Shown here: piece by piece, positions 28,267 to 37,220 of the stretch | Layout of the letters: each line of letters opens with the position of its first letter | Position numbering within the stretch: position 1 is the stretch's first letter | Assembly: GCA_024653215.1 (NCBI GenBank) | Contig: JANLFU010000001.1 | Location: 269,492 to 333,491, forward strand | Source of the DNA: Candidatus Saccharicenans sp. | GTDB taxonomy: Bacteria; Acidobacteriota; Aminicenantia; Aminicenantales; Saccharicenantaceae | Length of the DNA stretch: 64,000 nucleotides | Direction of reading: 5' to 3' | Position numbers and translations under genes: made by a program | Notes under the pieces: model-generated | The model's database searches: none | What the model was told of the DNA's origin: nothing | What the model saw: only the letters and a program-made list of their open reading frames with translations

Positions 28267-28276
28267 AGCTCCTCCT

Positions 28277-28819
28277 TCAGGCCCGTTCGTAGGCCTCGAT
28301 GGCTGCCTTGACGTTGTCTTCCGGCTTGATCGGGATGCCTTCCCTGATGGCTTCCACCAGCGACTCCAGCCTGGTCAGGTTGAGGATCTTGACCACGGCC
28401 CCGGTGATGGCCGTGTTGACGATGGGTGCGGCCAGTGTGCCCAGCCGGTGCTTGACCGCTATCTCGGTGGCGTCAATGGTAAAGACCTTGAACTTCGGGG
28501 GAAACTTGAAGTGTTCCGGCGGGTTGTTGCTGTTGATGATGATGTAGCCGCCTTCTTTAAGTCCTTCGGTTACATCGATGGCTTCGACCAGCGTCGGATC
28601 AACCACCACCACGTGGTCCGGGTTATAAATCTTGCTCTTGTCATAGATGGGCTTGTTGTCGATCCGGATGAAGGCAAAGACCGGCGCGCCACGCCGCTCC
28701 ACCCCGAACTCCGGATAGGCCTGGACATAGTTGCCCTCTTTGGCCAGGGCGTCAGCCAGTATCTTGGAAGCTACCACCGTTCCCTGGCCGCCTCGTCCAT
28801 GGAAGCGAATCTCAATCAT
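28277..28819 (-). CDS. porG: 2-oxoacid:ferredoxin oxidoreductase gamma subunit
   Basis: MIEIRFHGRGGQGTVVASKILA is the canonical gamma-subunit N-terminus. Confidence 0.85.
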   Translation of the reverse strand: MIEIRFHGRGGQGTVVASKILADALAKEGNYVQAYPEFGVERRGAPVFAFIRIDNKPIYDKSKIYNPDHVVVVDPTLVEAIDVTEGLKEGGYIIINSNNPPEHFKFPPKFKVFTIDATEIAVKHRLGTLAAPIVNTAITGAVVKILNLTRLESLVEAIREGIPIKPEDNVKAAIEAYERA

Positions 28820-29040
28820 CTGCTTCTCCTTTTCCGTGAGATATTCTCAGAAGTGCATATAAGGTTTAATGCCCCGGTGAAATCAGGGCAGGTGGCTGTC
28901 GGCCCCAGTTTCAGACCCCGAAATCTCGGTCCAGCCGGAAAGATCGCCTTGACGGAGAAAGGAAAAAAATTCCGGCCATCTGCGGCGACTATGTTTGAGT
29001 CCATCTGGTTAAAATAAATAGATTAAAAAGATTAGGATTC

Positions 29041-29069
29041 AGTTTATTCTTAACCCTATTGCATGTCAA
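29041..29069 (-). promoter_or_regulatory. Sigma70-type promoter upstream of the por operon, implying a long leader
   Basis: Minus strand reads TTGACA (complement of 29064-29069), a 17-bp spacer, then TAAACT (complement of 29041-29046); about 215 nt upstream of the porG ATG. Confidence 0.35.
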
Positions 29070-29134
29070 GAATAACCTGCGAGGAAAGCTGATCCCAATC
29101 GGGTTCGGAACGGTGACAGCAGAAGAGGTCCGGT

Positions 29135-30007
29135 TCAGGTCTGATGCCCGGAATCTATTCTCTTTTCTTTAAGGTTATGGTAGAGGTTTTTGAGCATCAG
29201 GGCATCGGTTTCAAGGGAAGGACTTTCACAGATTATAGTGCCGGCTACTCCGGCGTCATCCAGGGCCTGCAGCCATTCATCGAAGCGGAATTCTGCCTCC
29301 TGTAGGTTCAGGTGCTTGAGTTCGCCGGTCTGGTTATATTTAACGCCGGAAATGTGAATATGAGCGCTCTTAAGGGCCGAGCGGCCCAGCTTCTTTTCCA
29401 CCTTTTTAATGACCTGGAGGAAATCCCGGTAAGAGTTGACCCTCCCTTCCCGGGCAAAGATATGGGCGAAATCCAGGCAGGGGAGAAGGCCGTCGAGCTC
29501 CCGGCAGAGTGACAGCACCTCGTCCAGGCTGCCAAATTGTTTTCTCTTGCCCATTGTTTCCAGCCTCAGCCGGGCAGGAATTTTTTCCGACCTGGCGATC
29601 GACAGGACTTCCTTGAGCGAGTTCTTGATATTCTGATAGGTTTCTTCCGGGCTCTTCAGGCCGTAATAGCCGGCGTGGAAGACCAGGTCGCCGGCCCCGG
29701 CGGCCGCGGCCAGGCGCAGGGAATTCAGCAGCAGGTCCTGGCTCTGCATTCTCTTGCCCCGGTCCTCGGCATTCAGGTTGATGAAATAAGGAGCATGAGC
29801 GCTGAGTTTGACCCGATGGTTGCGGGCGGCCAGCCTGATCCGGGCGGCAGTTTCCGGTCCCATCTTGAGTCCCTGGACGAATTCCAGCTCCAGGGCTTCC
29901 AGCCCCATCTGTTGAACCAGCTCCACCGCTTTAAGGGAAGAATCCTCTGGGCAGGAATGGGGAATGCCGGCCACGCCGAAAAGCAGGCCTTCAGGAACAG
30001 GAGTCAT
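29135..30007 (-). CDS. nfo: Endonuclease IV-like AP endonuclease (TIM-barrel, xylose-isomerase-like fold)
   Basis: HAPYFINL, FHAGYYG, RLETMG, CLDFAHIFA and TIICESP segments align with the Nfo metal-binding positions. The ORF opens with GTG at 30019; an ATG at 30007 preceded by GGAGAGG is preferred. Either start overlaps the thiC 3' end. Confidence 0.6.
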   Translation of the reverse strand: MTPVPEGLLFGVAGIPHSCPEDSSLKAVELVQQMGLEALELEFVQGLKMGPETAARIRLAARNHRVKLSAHAPYFINLNAEDRGKRMQSQDLLLNSLRLAAAAGAGDLVFHAGYYGLKSPEETYQNIKNSLKEVLSIARSEKIPARLRLETMGKRKQFGSLDEVLSLCRELDGLLPCLDFAHIFAREGRVNSYRDFLQVIKKVEKKLGRSALKSAHIHISGVKYNQTGELKHLNLQEAEFRFDEWLQALDDAGVAGTIICESPSLETDALMLKNLYHNLKEKRIDSGHQT

Positions 30008-31295
30008 CAGCCTCTCCACCGTTCAGGAATTCGCTGACAATCTTCATGGCGCAGAATTCGCCACACATGGAGCAGGCTCTGGTCTTTGATTTCCGCCTCC
30101 GGCGGACCTCGGCAAATTTATCCGGGTCCAAACAGAGTTTTGCCTGGCGGTCCCAGTCCAGCTTTTTCCTGGCCCGGGAAATTTCGGCATCCCGGTCGAT
30201 GGCCCCCGGATAACCCTTGACGATATCGGCGGCATGAGCGGCAATCCGGGAGGCGATCAGGCCTTCCTTAACGTCTTCGACGGTCGGCAGCCCGAGGTGT
30301 TCGGCCGGGGTCACGTAGCAGAGAAAATCGGCTCCGGCCGAGGCGGCCACCGCCCCGCCTATGGCTGACACAATGTGGTCATAGCCGGGAGCGATGTCAG
30401 TCACCAGCGGTCCCAGAACATAGAAGGGAGCTTCCTGGCACAGGCGTTTCTGGAGCTTCATGTTCATGGCCACCTGGTCGAGAGGCACGTGCCCGGGACC
30501 CTCAACCATGGCCTGGACTCCAGCCTCCCTGGCCTGTTCTACCAGTTCTCCCAGGGTCATCAGCTCTTCTATCTGGGGCCGGTCGGTGGCATCCAGCACC
30601 GAGCCGGGCCTCAGGCCATCTCCCAGGCTCAGGGTAAAATCATATTTTCTGGCCAGTTCCAGAAGGCGGTCAAACCTGGCATAGAGGGGGTTTTCTTTCT
30701 CGTTGTGAAGCATCCAGGCCAGGTGAAAAGCCCCACCCCTGGAAACGATGTCGGCAATCCGCCCCTGCTTTTTCAGTCGTTCCACTGCTTTTAGGGTCAG
30801 GCCGCAATGAACGGTCATGAAATCTACGCCTTCCCGGGCCTGGGCCTCGATGACCGAGAATAGGTCGTCTTCGGTCATCCGGACAATTGAGCCTCTCCTG
30901 AGGATGGCTTCAATTGCCGCCTGGTAGACGGGAACCGTCCCCAGAGGTAGTGGTGAATGCGACAGCAGTTTCTTTCTTATAGCTCTGATATCCCCGCCGG
31001 TGCTGAGGTCCATGACCGCGTCAGCTCCGTATTTCACGCTTATTTTCAGCTTGGAAATTTCGGTCTCGAGGTCGGGATAATCTCTGGAGGTACCCAGGTT
31101 GACGTTGACCTTGGTGCGCATTTTTAGCCCGATGGCGGCCGGTCTTCGCGGTGAATGGTTCCGGTTGTAGGGGATGACCACCCGGCCCCGGGCCACCAGC
31201 GATAGCAATTCCTCAGGGGATATTTTCTCTTCCCTGGCCAGTTTTTTTATCAGGGGGGAAGAAAATCCTTTTCTGGCCCGGTCTATAAGGGTCAT
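29991..31295 (-). CDS. thiC: Phosphomethylpyrimidine synthase ThiC
   Basis: Full-length ThiC with the C-terminal radical-SAM cluster motif CSMCGEFCAMK. Confidence 0.95.
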   Translation of the reverse strand: MTLIDRARKGFSSPLIKKLAREEKISPEELLSLVARGRVVIPYNRNHSPRRPAAIGLKMRTKVNVNLGTSRDYPDLETEISKLKISVKYGADAVMDLSTGGDIRAIRKKLLSHSPLPLGTVPVYQAAIEAILRRGSIVRMTEDDLFSVIEAQAREGVDFMTVHCGLTLKAVERLKKQGRIADIVSRGGAFHLAWMLHNEKENPLYARFDRLLELARKYDFTLSLGDGLRPGSVLDATDRPQIEELMTLGELVEQAREAGVQAMVEGPGHVPLDQVAMNMKLQKRLCQEAPFYVLGPLVTDIAPGYDHIVSAIGGAVAASAGADFLCYVTPAEHLGLPTVEDVKEGLIASRIAAHAADIVKGYPGAIDRDAEISRARKKLDWDRQAKLCLDPDKFAEVRRRRKSKTRACSMCGEFCAMKIVSEFLNGGEADDSCS

Positions 31296-31464
31296 GGGTT
31301 TGACTTTCTTTCGAGAGTAATATCAAGAACTCAGTATAGTTTACACCCCATACCCTGTCAAGGAAACCGGCCGGCTGAACCTGGCAGTCTGTTCAGACAG
31401 GTGGCGAAAACTTGTAGTCTTGATAAATTTACAAACGGGACGAATGCTGATAGCATTTTAGTCA

Positions 31465-32064
31465 ATGAAGAAAAGATCCTGGATAGCGTTTCTCACCCTG
31501 GTCCTGTTCTGCCTGGTTCTGTTCCCCGGGCTGAGTCTGGCAGTCACCGGGTCGCCTCGAGACCTGGAGATACAGGACAGGACAGATGAACTGGACGATG
31601 TTCTCAGGATAATCAATTTTCTGGAAGAGGCAGCCAGCTTATGGCGGGAGAAAGGTCATTTCCAGGGACTGGTGGCTGAATTTTCACAGGAGCAGGTGAG
31701 CGCTTTTTTTAAGCATTTGTTCTCGGAGGAGAACCCAACCCTGAAATCATTGAGGTTGAAGCTCGCCCCGGGCAACCGGGTGGAGGGCTGGGTCATTCTG
31801 GACCTGGCTTCCCAGGGGCTATCCGGAGATCGCAACCTGTATTTCGCGGCCCGGGTGGAACAGCAGGGGCGGCGGGTCAGGTTGAATTTCAGCAGCCTTT
31901 TCCTGGAGACACAGCGGGTCCAGCCGGAGATTGTTAATGCCCTGATTGACCTGGTGGCCAGGGTCCGGGGGCTGGAAGCCCGGCACCTGGACGACTGGTA
32001 TGACCTCCCGGAAGGAATTGCCCGGGTGGAAACCGGGCCGGGAAGCCTTCTGATTTATTATTGA
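31465..32064 (+). CDS. Secreted hypothetical protein
   Basis: Signal peptide (MKKRSWIAFLTLVLFCLVLFPGLSLA); no family recognised; its stop overlaps the rsmD region. Confidence 0.5.
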   Translation: MKKRSWIAFLTLVLFCLVLFPGLSLAVTGSPRDLEIQDRTDELDDVLRIINFLEEAASLWREKGHFQGLVAEFSQEQVSAFFKHLFSEENPTLKSLRLKLAPGNRVEGWVILDLASQGLSGDRNLYFAARVEQQGRRVRLNFSSLFLETQRVQPEIVNALIDLVARVRGLEARHLDDWYDLPEGIARVETGPGSLLIYY

Positions 32065-32075
32065 GGTTTGAAAAA

Positions 32076-32669
32076 ATGATCAGGATTATCGGTGGTCGAT
32101 TCAAGGGAAGAAAGCTGAGGATGGTGCCCAGCCCGGCGGTTCGGCCACTTCCGGCCAAGCTCCGGGGTTCTCTTTTCAACATTCTTCAGTCCAGGGTGAT
32201 CGATGCCTTTTTCCTGGACGGCTTTGCCGGGACGGGTTCGGTCGGGATTGAAGCCCTGAGCCGGGGGGCCAGCCGGGCCGTGTTCATCGAGGAATTGCCC
32301 CAGGCCGCCAGAATAATAGAGGCCAACCTGGCCAAATGCCAGGCCGAGGACCTCGGCCTGGTCCTCAACCAGGAGTTCAACCGGGCCATAATCGAACTCG
32401 GAAAGAAGGGAGTAAAGTTTGACCTGATTTTCCTGGACCCGCCTTACAAGTTGCTGGAAGAAAGAAACCCGCTCAAGGTCATCAGGAAACGCGGCGTCCT
32501 GAAGCCAGCCGGGCTCCTCATCATCAGGCATCACCGCCACTATCAACCCTCGCGCCAGGATTTTAAGCTGCTCCGCCAGGTTGATTTTGGAGACGATATT
32601 TTTTCCTTTTATTCCGGGGAAGAGGTGTCTGGCTCCGGGCCCGGGGATAATTCGGCCGACGGCGATTGA
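32076..32669 (+). CDS. rsmD: 16S rRNA (guanine966-N2)-methyltransferase RsmD
   Basis: Begins MIRIIGGRFKGRKL, with DGFAGTGSVGIEALSRGA and DPPY motifs. The ORF opens with TTG at 32061; an ATG at 32076 follows GAGG. Confidence 0.8.
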   Translation: MIRIIGGRFKGRKLRMVPSPAVRPLPAKLRGSLFNILQSRVIDAFFLDGFAGTGSVGIEALSRGASRAVFIEELPQAARIIEANLAKCQAEDLGLVLNQEFNRAIIELGKKGVKFDLIFLDPPYKLLEERNPLKVIRKRGVLKPAGLLIIRHHRHYQPSRQDFKLLRQVDFGDDIFSFYSGEEVSGSGPGDNSADGD

Positions 32670-32723
32670 ATTGAGCCTGATAATTTTATAGAATGTCTTA
32701 AAAGTGTGCCGGTTCGGTGATAG

Positions 32724-33587
32724 ATGACCAAGAGCGATCGCAAGATTGAACCATTCTGGGAAAAAGAACCAGTCCTTAAAGACGAAGAAATGTTTTCCGG
32801 GCTGGGACCGTCCCGGGGGTCGTTGCTCTTCCTCGGCCGTTATACCCTGAAGGAAGTCATGGCCGTTCTGGCCAAGAAAAGCTTTTTCCGGGAAGCCAGG
32901 AAAAAGAACCTCTGGCCGATTAAGTACCGGATGGACTCTTCCGATTACCCGGTGCAGAGGCTTCTTATTTACTGGGAGGAAGAACACCCGGACCGGATGA
33001 TCGTCGACCTAAAGATCAGGGAAGCCGAGGTCCGGTTTGCCGCCCCAAAAAAGCATGGCTACAGGTTGCCTCCCCAGCACTGCCTGCTGTTTGAGTGGCT
33101 GACCCTGCAGAACCCGCGCCTGAGCTTTGACGACAGACATCCGCCGCTTCCCGGGCAGAATAAACCCGGTCTCAGCCTTTCCAAGAAAATACTGGAAATT
33201 TTTCTGCACCTGGGCCGGCTGATCAACCTCGATGCCCTGGTGGCCTTTCCGGCTTACTTTCATAACGCCCTGCTCTTTTCGAGGTATTTTCAGTTCGTCG
33301 ACCCCATAAAACAGGGTGAAATCAAGGCCATCAGGAAGCAATTCAGCCATGTTCCTTTCAGGCAGCTGGCCTGGGCCGTCTACCTGGGATGCCTAAAGGA
33401 CGAGGATGGCCGGGTGTACGAATGGCAGGCCGAGGAACAGGTGGTGGCCCTGAGCGAAGACCTCAGAAACTACCTGGAATCAAGAGTTTACCGGGAGATA
33501 TCAAGACACGTGGAAAAAACTGCGGTCTTCAGCCTGGACTGGGACCTCTTCCAGCAGAAGTGCCAGGAACAGCGCATCCTTTACTGA
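32724..33587 (+). CDS. Hypothetical cytoplasmic protein, 287 aa
   Basis: Open frame with an ATG start; no motif recognised. Confidence 0.5.
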   Translation: MTKSDRKIEPFWEKEPVLKDEEMFSGLGPSRGSLLFLGRYTLKEVMAVLAKKSFFREARKKNLWPIKYRMDSSDYPVQRLLIYWEEEHPDRMIVDLKIREAEVRFAAPKKHGYRLPPQHCLLFEWLTLQNPRLSFDDRHPPLPGQNKPGLSLSKKILEIFLHLGRLINLDALVAFPAYFHNALLFSRYFQFVDPIKQGEIKAIRKQFSHVPFRQLAWAVYLGCLKDEDGRVYEWQAEEQVVALSEDLRNYLESRVYREISRHVEKTAVFSLDWDLFQQKCQEQRILY

Positions 33588-33640
33588 CCGCCCAAAACCT
33601 GCTATAATCAATCCCCTTAAGAGTAAGAGGAGACGAGCTC

Positions 33641-33850
33641 ATGAAAAAAGGCATCCATCCAGAATACCAGGAATGCACCGTTATCTGCGCCTGTGGTAAT
33701 ACTTTTAAGACCAGGTCCACCAAGAAAGAAATAAGGGTGGAAATCTGCTCCCAGTGCCATCCCTTCTTCACCGGAAAACAGAGAATTGTGGATACCGCCG
33801 GCCGGGTCGAAAAATTCAGGAAGAAATATGCCACCAAGACCAAAAAATAA
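33641..33850 (+). CDS. rpmE: 50S ribosomal protein L31
   Basis: [22 protein letters not shown]...[10 protein letters not shown]: zinc-ribbon type L31. Confidence 0.9.
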   Translation: MKKGIHPEYQECTVICACGNTFKTRSTKKEIRVEICSQCHPFFTGKQRIVDTAGRVEKFRKKYATKTKK

Positions 33851-33855
33851 ACCAT

Positions 33856-34959
33856 ATGCTTCAGGAATTAAGGGTCTTAGAAGACAAGTATAAGCAGATT
33901 ACTGCCCTCCTGTCCGACCCCAACATTTCCTCCAATCCCCAGAAAATAAAGGAATTGGCCAGGGAGAGGTCTGAGCTTGAGCCGGTCGTCAGAAAATATG
34001 ACGAGTATAAAAAGGTGGTAAGGGAGCTCAGGGAGACCGAGTCCATGCTATCTGACGGCCAGGCAGACCCCGACCTGAAACGCCTGGCCGAAGCCGAGCT
34101 CAACCAGCTCAAGGAAAAGAAGGACCTGCTGGAACAGGAACTGAAAAGGCTGTTGCTCCCCAAGGACCCCAACGACGAAAAGAACGTCATCCTGGAAATC
34201 AGGGCCGGGGCCGGGGGAGACGAGGCTTCTCTTTTTGCCCAGGACCTGCTGCGGATGTATACCCGTTATGCCGAGCATAAGGGCTGGAAGTGGGAGCTGA
34301 TGGACGTCAGCTATTCGCCGATAGGGGGAATCAAGGAGGCCATAGTCAACATCCAGGGGAAAAGGGTTTATTCCTTCTTGAAATATGAGAGCGGGGTGCA
34401 CCGGGTGCAGCGAGTCCCCAAAACCGAAGCCTCGGGGCGAATTCATACCTCGACGGCCACGGTGGCCGTCCTGCCCGAGGCCGAAGAAATTGACCTGAAG
34501 CTGGACCCCAAGGACCTGAAGATTGAGGCCTTCGGAGCCTCCGGGCCGGGCGGGCAGAATGTTAACCGCAACTACACCGCCATCAGGGTGACCCACAGGC
34601 CATCGGGAATAGTCGTTTCCTGCCAGGATGAAAAGTCCCAGCACCGGAATAAAGAGAAGGCGCTCAAGATTCTCAGGACCAGGCTCCTGGACATTGCCCG
34701 CCAGGAGCAGATGAGCAAGATTTCCCAGGACAGAAGGAAGCAGGTAGGTACGGGTGAAAGAAGCGAGAAAATCAGGACCTACAATTTTCCCCAGTCCCGG
34801 ATAACCGACCACCGCCTGAATGAAAATTTTCATAACGTGGAAAGCATCATGGACGGGGAACTCGATGAGCTCATTGACAAACTGGTCATCCACTTCCAGA
34901 CCAGGGCCCTAGAAGAGAATAAATCAGGCTTGTCCCCGGACCGGCAAGTTGAGATATAA
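33856..34959 (+). CDS. prfA: Peptide chain release factor 1
   Basis: PKT tripeptide (the RF1 PxT motif) and GGQ motif (SGPGGQNVN). The ORF opens at 33754 inside rpmE; an ATG at 33856 (MLQELRVLEDKY) lies immediately after the rpmE stop. Confidence 0.92.
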   Translation: MLQELRVLEDKYKQITALLSDPNISSNPQKIKELARERSELEPVVRKYDEYKKVVRELRETESMLSDGQADPDLKRLAEAELNQLKEKKDLLEQELKRLLLPKDPNDEKNVILEIRAGAGGDEASLFAQDLLRMYTRYAEHKGWKWELMDVSYSPIGGIKEAIVNIQGKRVYSFLKYESGVHRVQRVPKTEASGRIHTSTATVAVLPEAEEIDLKLDPKDLKIEAFGASGPGGQNVNRNYTAIRVTHRPSGIVVSCQDEKSQHRNKEKALKILRTRLLDIARQEQMSKISQDRRKQVGTGERSEKIRTYNFPQSRITDHRLNENFHNVESIMDGELDELIDKLVIHFQTRALEENKSGLSPDRQVEI

Positions 34960-35797
34960 GAACCTGGACCAGCTTTTCCGGCAAACTGCCGGAAGACTTT
35001 CCTTTTCATCCTGCCCCTTCATAGAGGCCCGCCTGTTGATCCAGAAGGTCGCCGGCTGGGACGAAGCGGAGTTTTTCCGCCGCCTGAATTCCCGGGTATC
35101 CCCCGGGCTGGTCAGACGACTATCCGCACTGGTTAGAAAAAGGCGGAGCGGCTGGCCCATGGCCTATCTCCTGGGCTGGAAAGAATTCTGGAGCCTGCCC
35201 TTCAGGGTCAACCGGCTGGTGTTGATACCCAGGCCGGAAACGGAACTGCTGGTGGAGAAAGTCCTGTCGCTGCCGCTGCCGGAGCGACCGCGTCTTCTTG
35301 ACGTTGGCACCGGCTGTGGAAACATTGCCATGGCCCTGGCGAAAGAAAAACCTCTGGCCAGAGTGGTGGCTTCGGACATCTCAAGAAGGGCCCTGGCTCT
35401 GGCCGCCTGGAACGCCAGAAATAATGGGGTCACCAACATTTCCTTTGTTCACAGCGACCTGCTCCAGCATTTTATTGAGAGAAAGCAAAAATTTGAGGTG
35501 ATAGTCAGCAACCCGCCCTACGTTTCCGCCGCTGACTGGGAAAAGCTCGACCGGCCGGTGCGGGATTTTGAACCGCGGACGGCCCTGGTGGCCGGGCCAA
35601 CCGGGCTGGAGGTAATCCAAAAGCTGATCAGCCAGTCCTGGTCATGTCTTAAGCCCGGCGGGTTTCTGGTATTTGAATTCGGAGCCGGCCAGGAGAATGA
35701 AATCCGCAAGCTCCTGGACCGGAGATGGTCCGAGCCGGAAATCCTGTCTGACTATTCGGGCTTTCCCCGGGTGATGACGGTTAAGAAGCCTGGTTAA
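34949..35797 (+). CDS. prmC: Release factor glutamine N5-methyltransferase PrmC (HemK)
   Basis: NPPY motif, SAM-binding DVGTGCGNIA; overlaps the prfA 3' end as usual. Confidence 0.85.
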   Translation: MRYKNLDQLFRQTAGRLSFSSCPFIEARLLIQKVAGWDEAEFFRRLNSRVSPGLVRRLSALVRKRRSGWPMAYLLGWKEFWSLPFRVNRLVLIPRPETELLVEKVLSLPLPERPRLLDVGTGCGNIAMALAKEKPLARVVASDISRRALALAAWNARNNGVTNISFVHSDLLQHFIERKQKFEVIVSNPPYVSAADWEKLDRPVRDFEPRTALVAGPTGLEVIQKLISQSWSCLKPGGFLVFEFGAGQENEIRKLLDRRWSEPEILSDYSGFPRVMTVKKPG

Positions 35798-35798
35798 G

Positions 35799-35814
35799 GC
35801 CGGGTAGCACCGGC
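35799..35814. terminator. Short hairpin GCCGG-GTAGCA-CCGGC between the convergent prmC and HD-GYP stops; possible weak bidirectional terminator
   Basis: 5-bp GC stem and 6-nt loop, TTT on the plus side; weak. Confidence 0.25.
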
Positions 35815-35815
35815 T

Positions 35816-36943
35816 TTACTGAGGCTGCCTGTTTCTTCTGGCCAGCAGCCGGTGATAGTCCTCGAATGAGGGCAGCAGCTTGGTAGTTTCGAAACGGATT
35901 CTTTCCCAGCGGTCGATGTCCAGGGCACAGAAAGCTTCAACCACCACCGGGTCAAACTGGGTGCCGGAATTCTTGATGATTTCCTGCCGGGCGGTCAGGA
36001 AATCCTGTTCTGGCCGGTAGGGCCGGTGGGAGGTAATGGCATCCAGGGCGTCGGCCAGGGCGAAGATCCTGGCCTCCAGTGGAATTTCATCTTTCTTCAA
36101 CCCTCGCGGGTAACCCGTGCCGTCGTATTTCTCGTGATGATAAAGAATGATGTTGCCGACTTCCTTCAGCAGTTTCATTTCTTTTATCAGACCGTAGCCC
36201 AGTGTCGGATGCATCTTGATTTTTTCCCATTCTTCAGGCGTCAGTGGCCCGGGCTTCTTGAGGATGGAATCGGGGATGGCAATTTTCCCGATGTCGTGGA
36301 GCAGGGCCCCTTTCCTGATGTGGTCAAGGGTGGGCTGGTCCTTGAGGCCCAGGACCTCGGCCAGGACCTGGCTGTACTTGGAGACCGTGCGCGAATGTCC
36401 GAAGGTTTCCACGTCTCTCAGGTCCAGGGCGGTCATCAGGTTTTCCACCGTGGTGTCGTATATTTCTTCAAGTTCCAGAAGCTTGCGGATATGACGGGAT
36501 TGTTCCAGCTTGAGCTTGGTCAGGTTCCTCAGGTAGTACTCGTTTTCCTGCTTCAGTTGCCGCCGCTGGATTTCGGACCTCAGGGCCGAGAAGATGGCTG
36601 GAAGGTTATTCCGGGGACAGACAAAATCCAGAAGATTGTCCTCCAGTGGTTTCAGGAACTCGATGGCCTCAGCCGGGGGAGTCAGCAGTATCAGGCTCAA
36701 ACGCGGGTAGGACTTCTTCATTTGTTTGAGCCAAGCCGATATTTTCCGGCTATTAACCGACTCGCTGGAAAAAACCAGGATGGCATTTTTCAGGTTGTTG
36801 GTGGAAAGGTCAGGCAGGCCGGAGGTTTCCTCAAGCCCGACCTGTAACTGGCCGCAGAGTTCAACCAGCTGCCGCCGCAGCCTGCCCTCGGGAATAGCCA
36901 GAATGATTTTCAGGTGATGGTTATGGTTAGCTCCGCCGCTCAT
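35816..36943 (-). CDS. HD-GYP c-di-GMP phosphodiesterase with an N-terminal degenerate receiver-like domain
   Basis: LLHDIGK (HD) and HHEKYDGTGYPRGL (GYP) motifs; the N-terminal roughly 150 aa is REC-like without a clear phospho-acceptor context. Confidence 0.8.
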   Translation of the reverse strand: MSGGANHNHHLKIILAIPEGRLRRQLVELCGQLQVGLEETSGLPDLSTNNLKNAILVFSSESVNSRKISAWLKQMKKSYPRLSLILLTPPAEAIEFLKPLEDNLLDFVCPRNNLPAIFSALRSEIQRRQLKQENEYYLRNLTKLKLEQSRHIRKLLELEEIYDTTVENLMTALDLRDVETFGHSRTVSKYSQVLAEVLGLKDQPTLDHIRKGALLHDIGKIAIPDSILKKPGPLTPEEWEKIKMHPTLGYGLIKEMKLLKEVGNIILYHHEKYDGTGYPRGLKKDEIPLEARIFALADALDAITSHRPYRPEQDFLTARQEIIKNSGTQFDPVVVEAFCALDIDRWERIRFETTKLLPSFEDYHRLLARRNRQPQ

Positions 36944-37152
36944 ATTTACTTAATCCTGTATACATCAAATCTGAACTCAAGGCAAGTGTTTTTGAAAAAA
37001 TTGCCGTTAAATTGTTCTGGTTTCTGACAGCCAGACAGACCGACCCGCGGCCGGCGGGGTGATTTTTTGGCTTCCGGCTCGCCGCTGGTGGTTAATTCCT
37101 TTCCCCCCGGCCGATAGAATAATTCCCCGACAGGCTCACCCGCTTTTATCCT

Positions 37153-37181
37153 TGACAGGCGAATCGGGTTGATTTTAGAAT
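37153..37181 (+). promoter_or_regulatory. Sigma70-type promoter for the coiled-coil gene
   Basis: TTGACA at 37153-37158, a 17-bp spacer, TAGAAT at 37176-37181. Confidence 0.4.
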
Positions 37182-37220
37182 AGCCTTGCCAGGGCCGAAT
37201 AACAGGCAAAGGAACGGGCA

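Noticed and set aside
28816-29004. 62-aa ORF in the por operon leader and 60-aa ORFs in other spacers (for example 59972-60154 and 8296-8496)
   Set aside because: Short, with no RBS and no hydrophobic or conserved character. They lie in regions better explained as promoters or leaders.
31296-31464. Canonical TPP riboswitch upstream of thiC
   Set aside because: I could not find the conserved element order on either strand, only partial P4/P5-like similarity. It is reported as a finding to be tested with cmsearch rather than as a feature.
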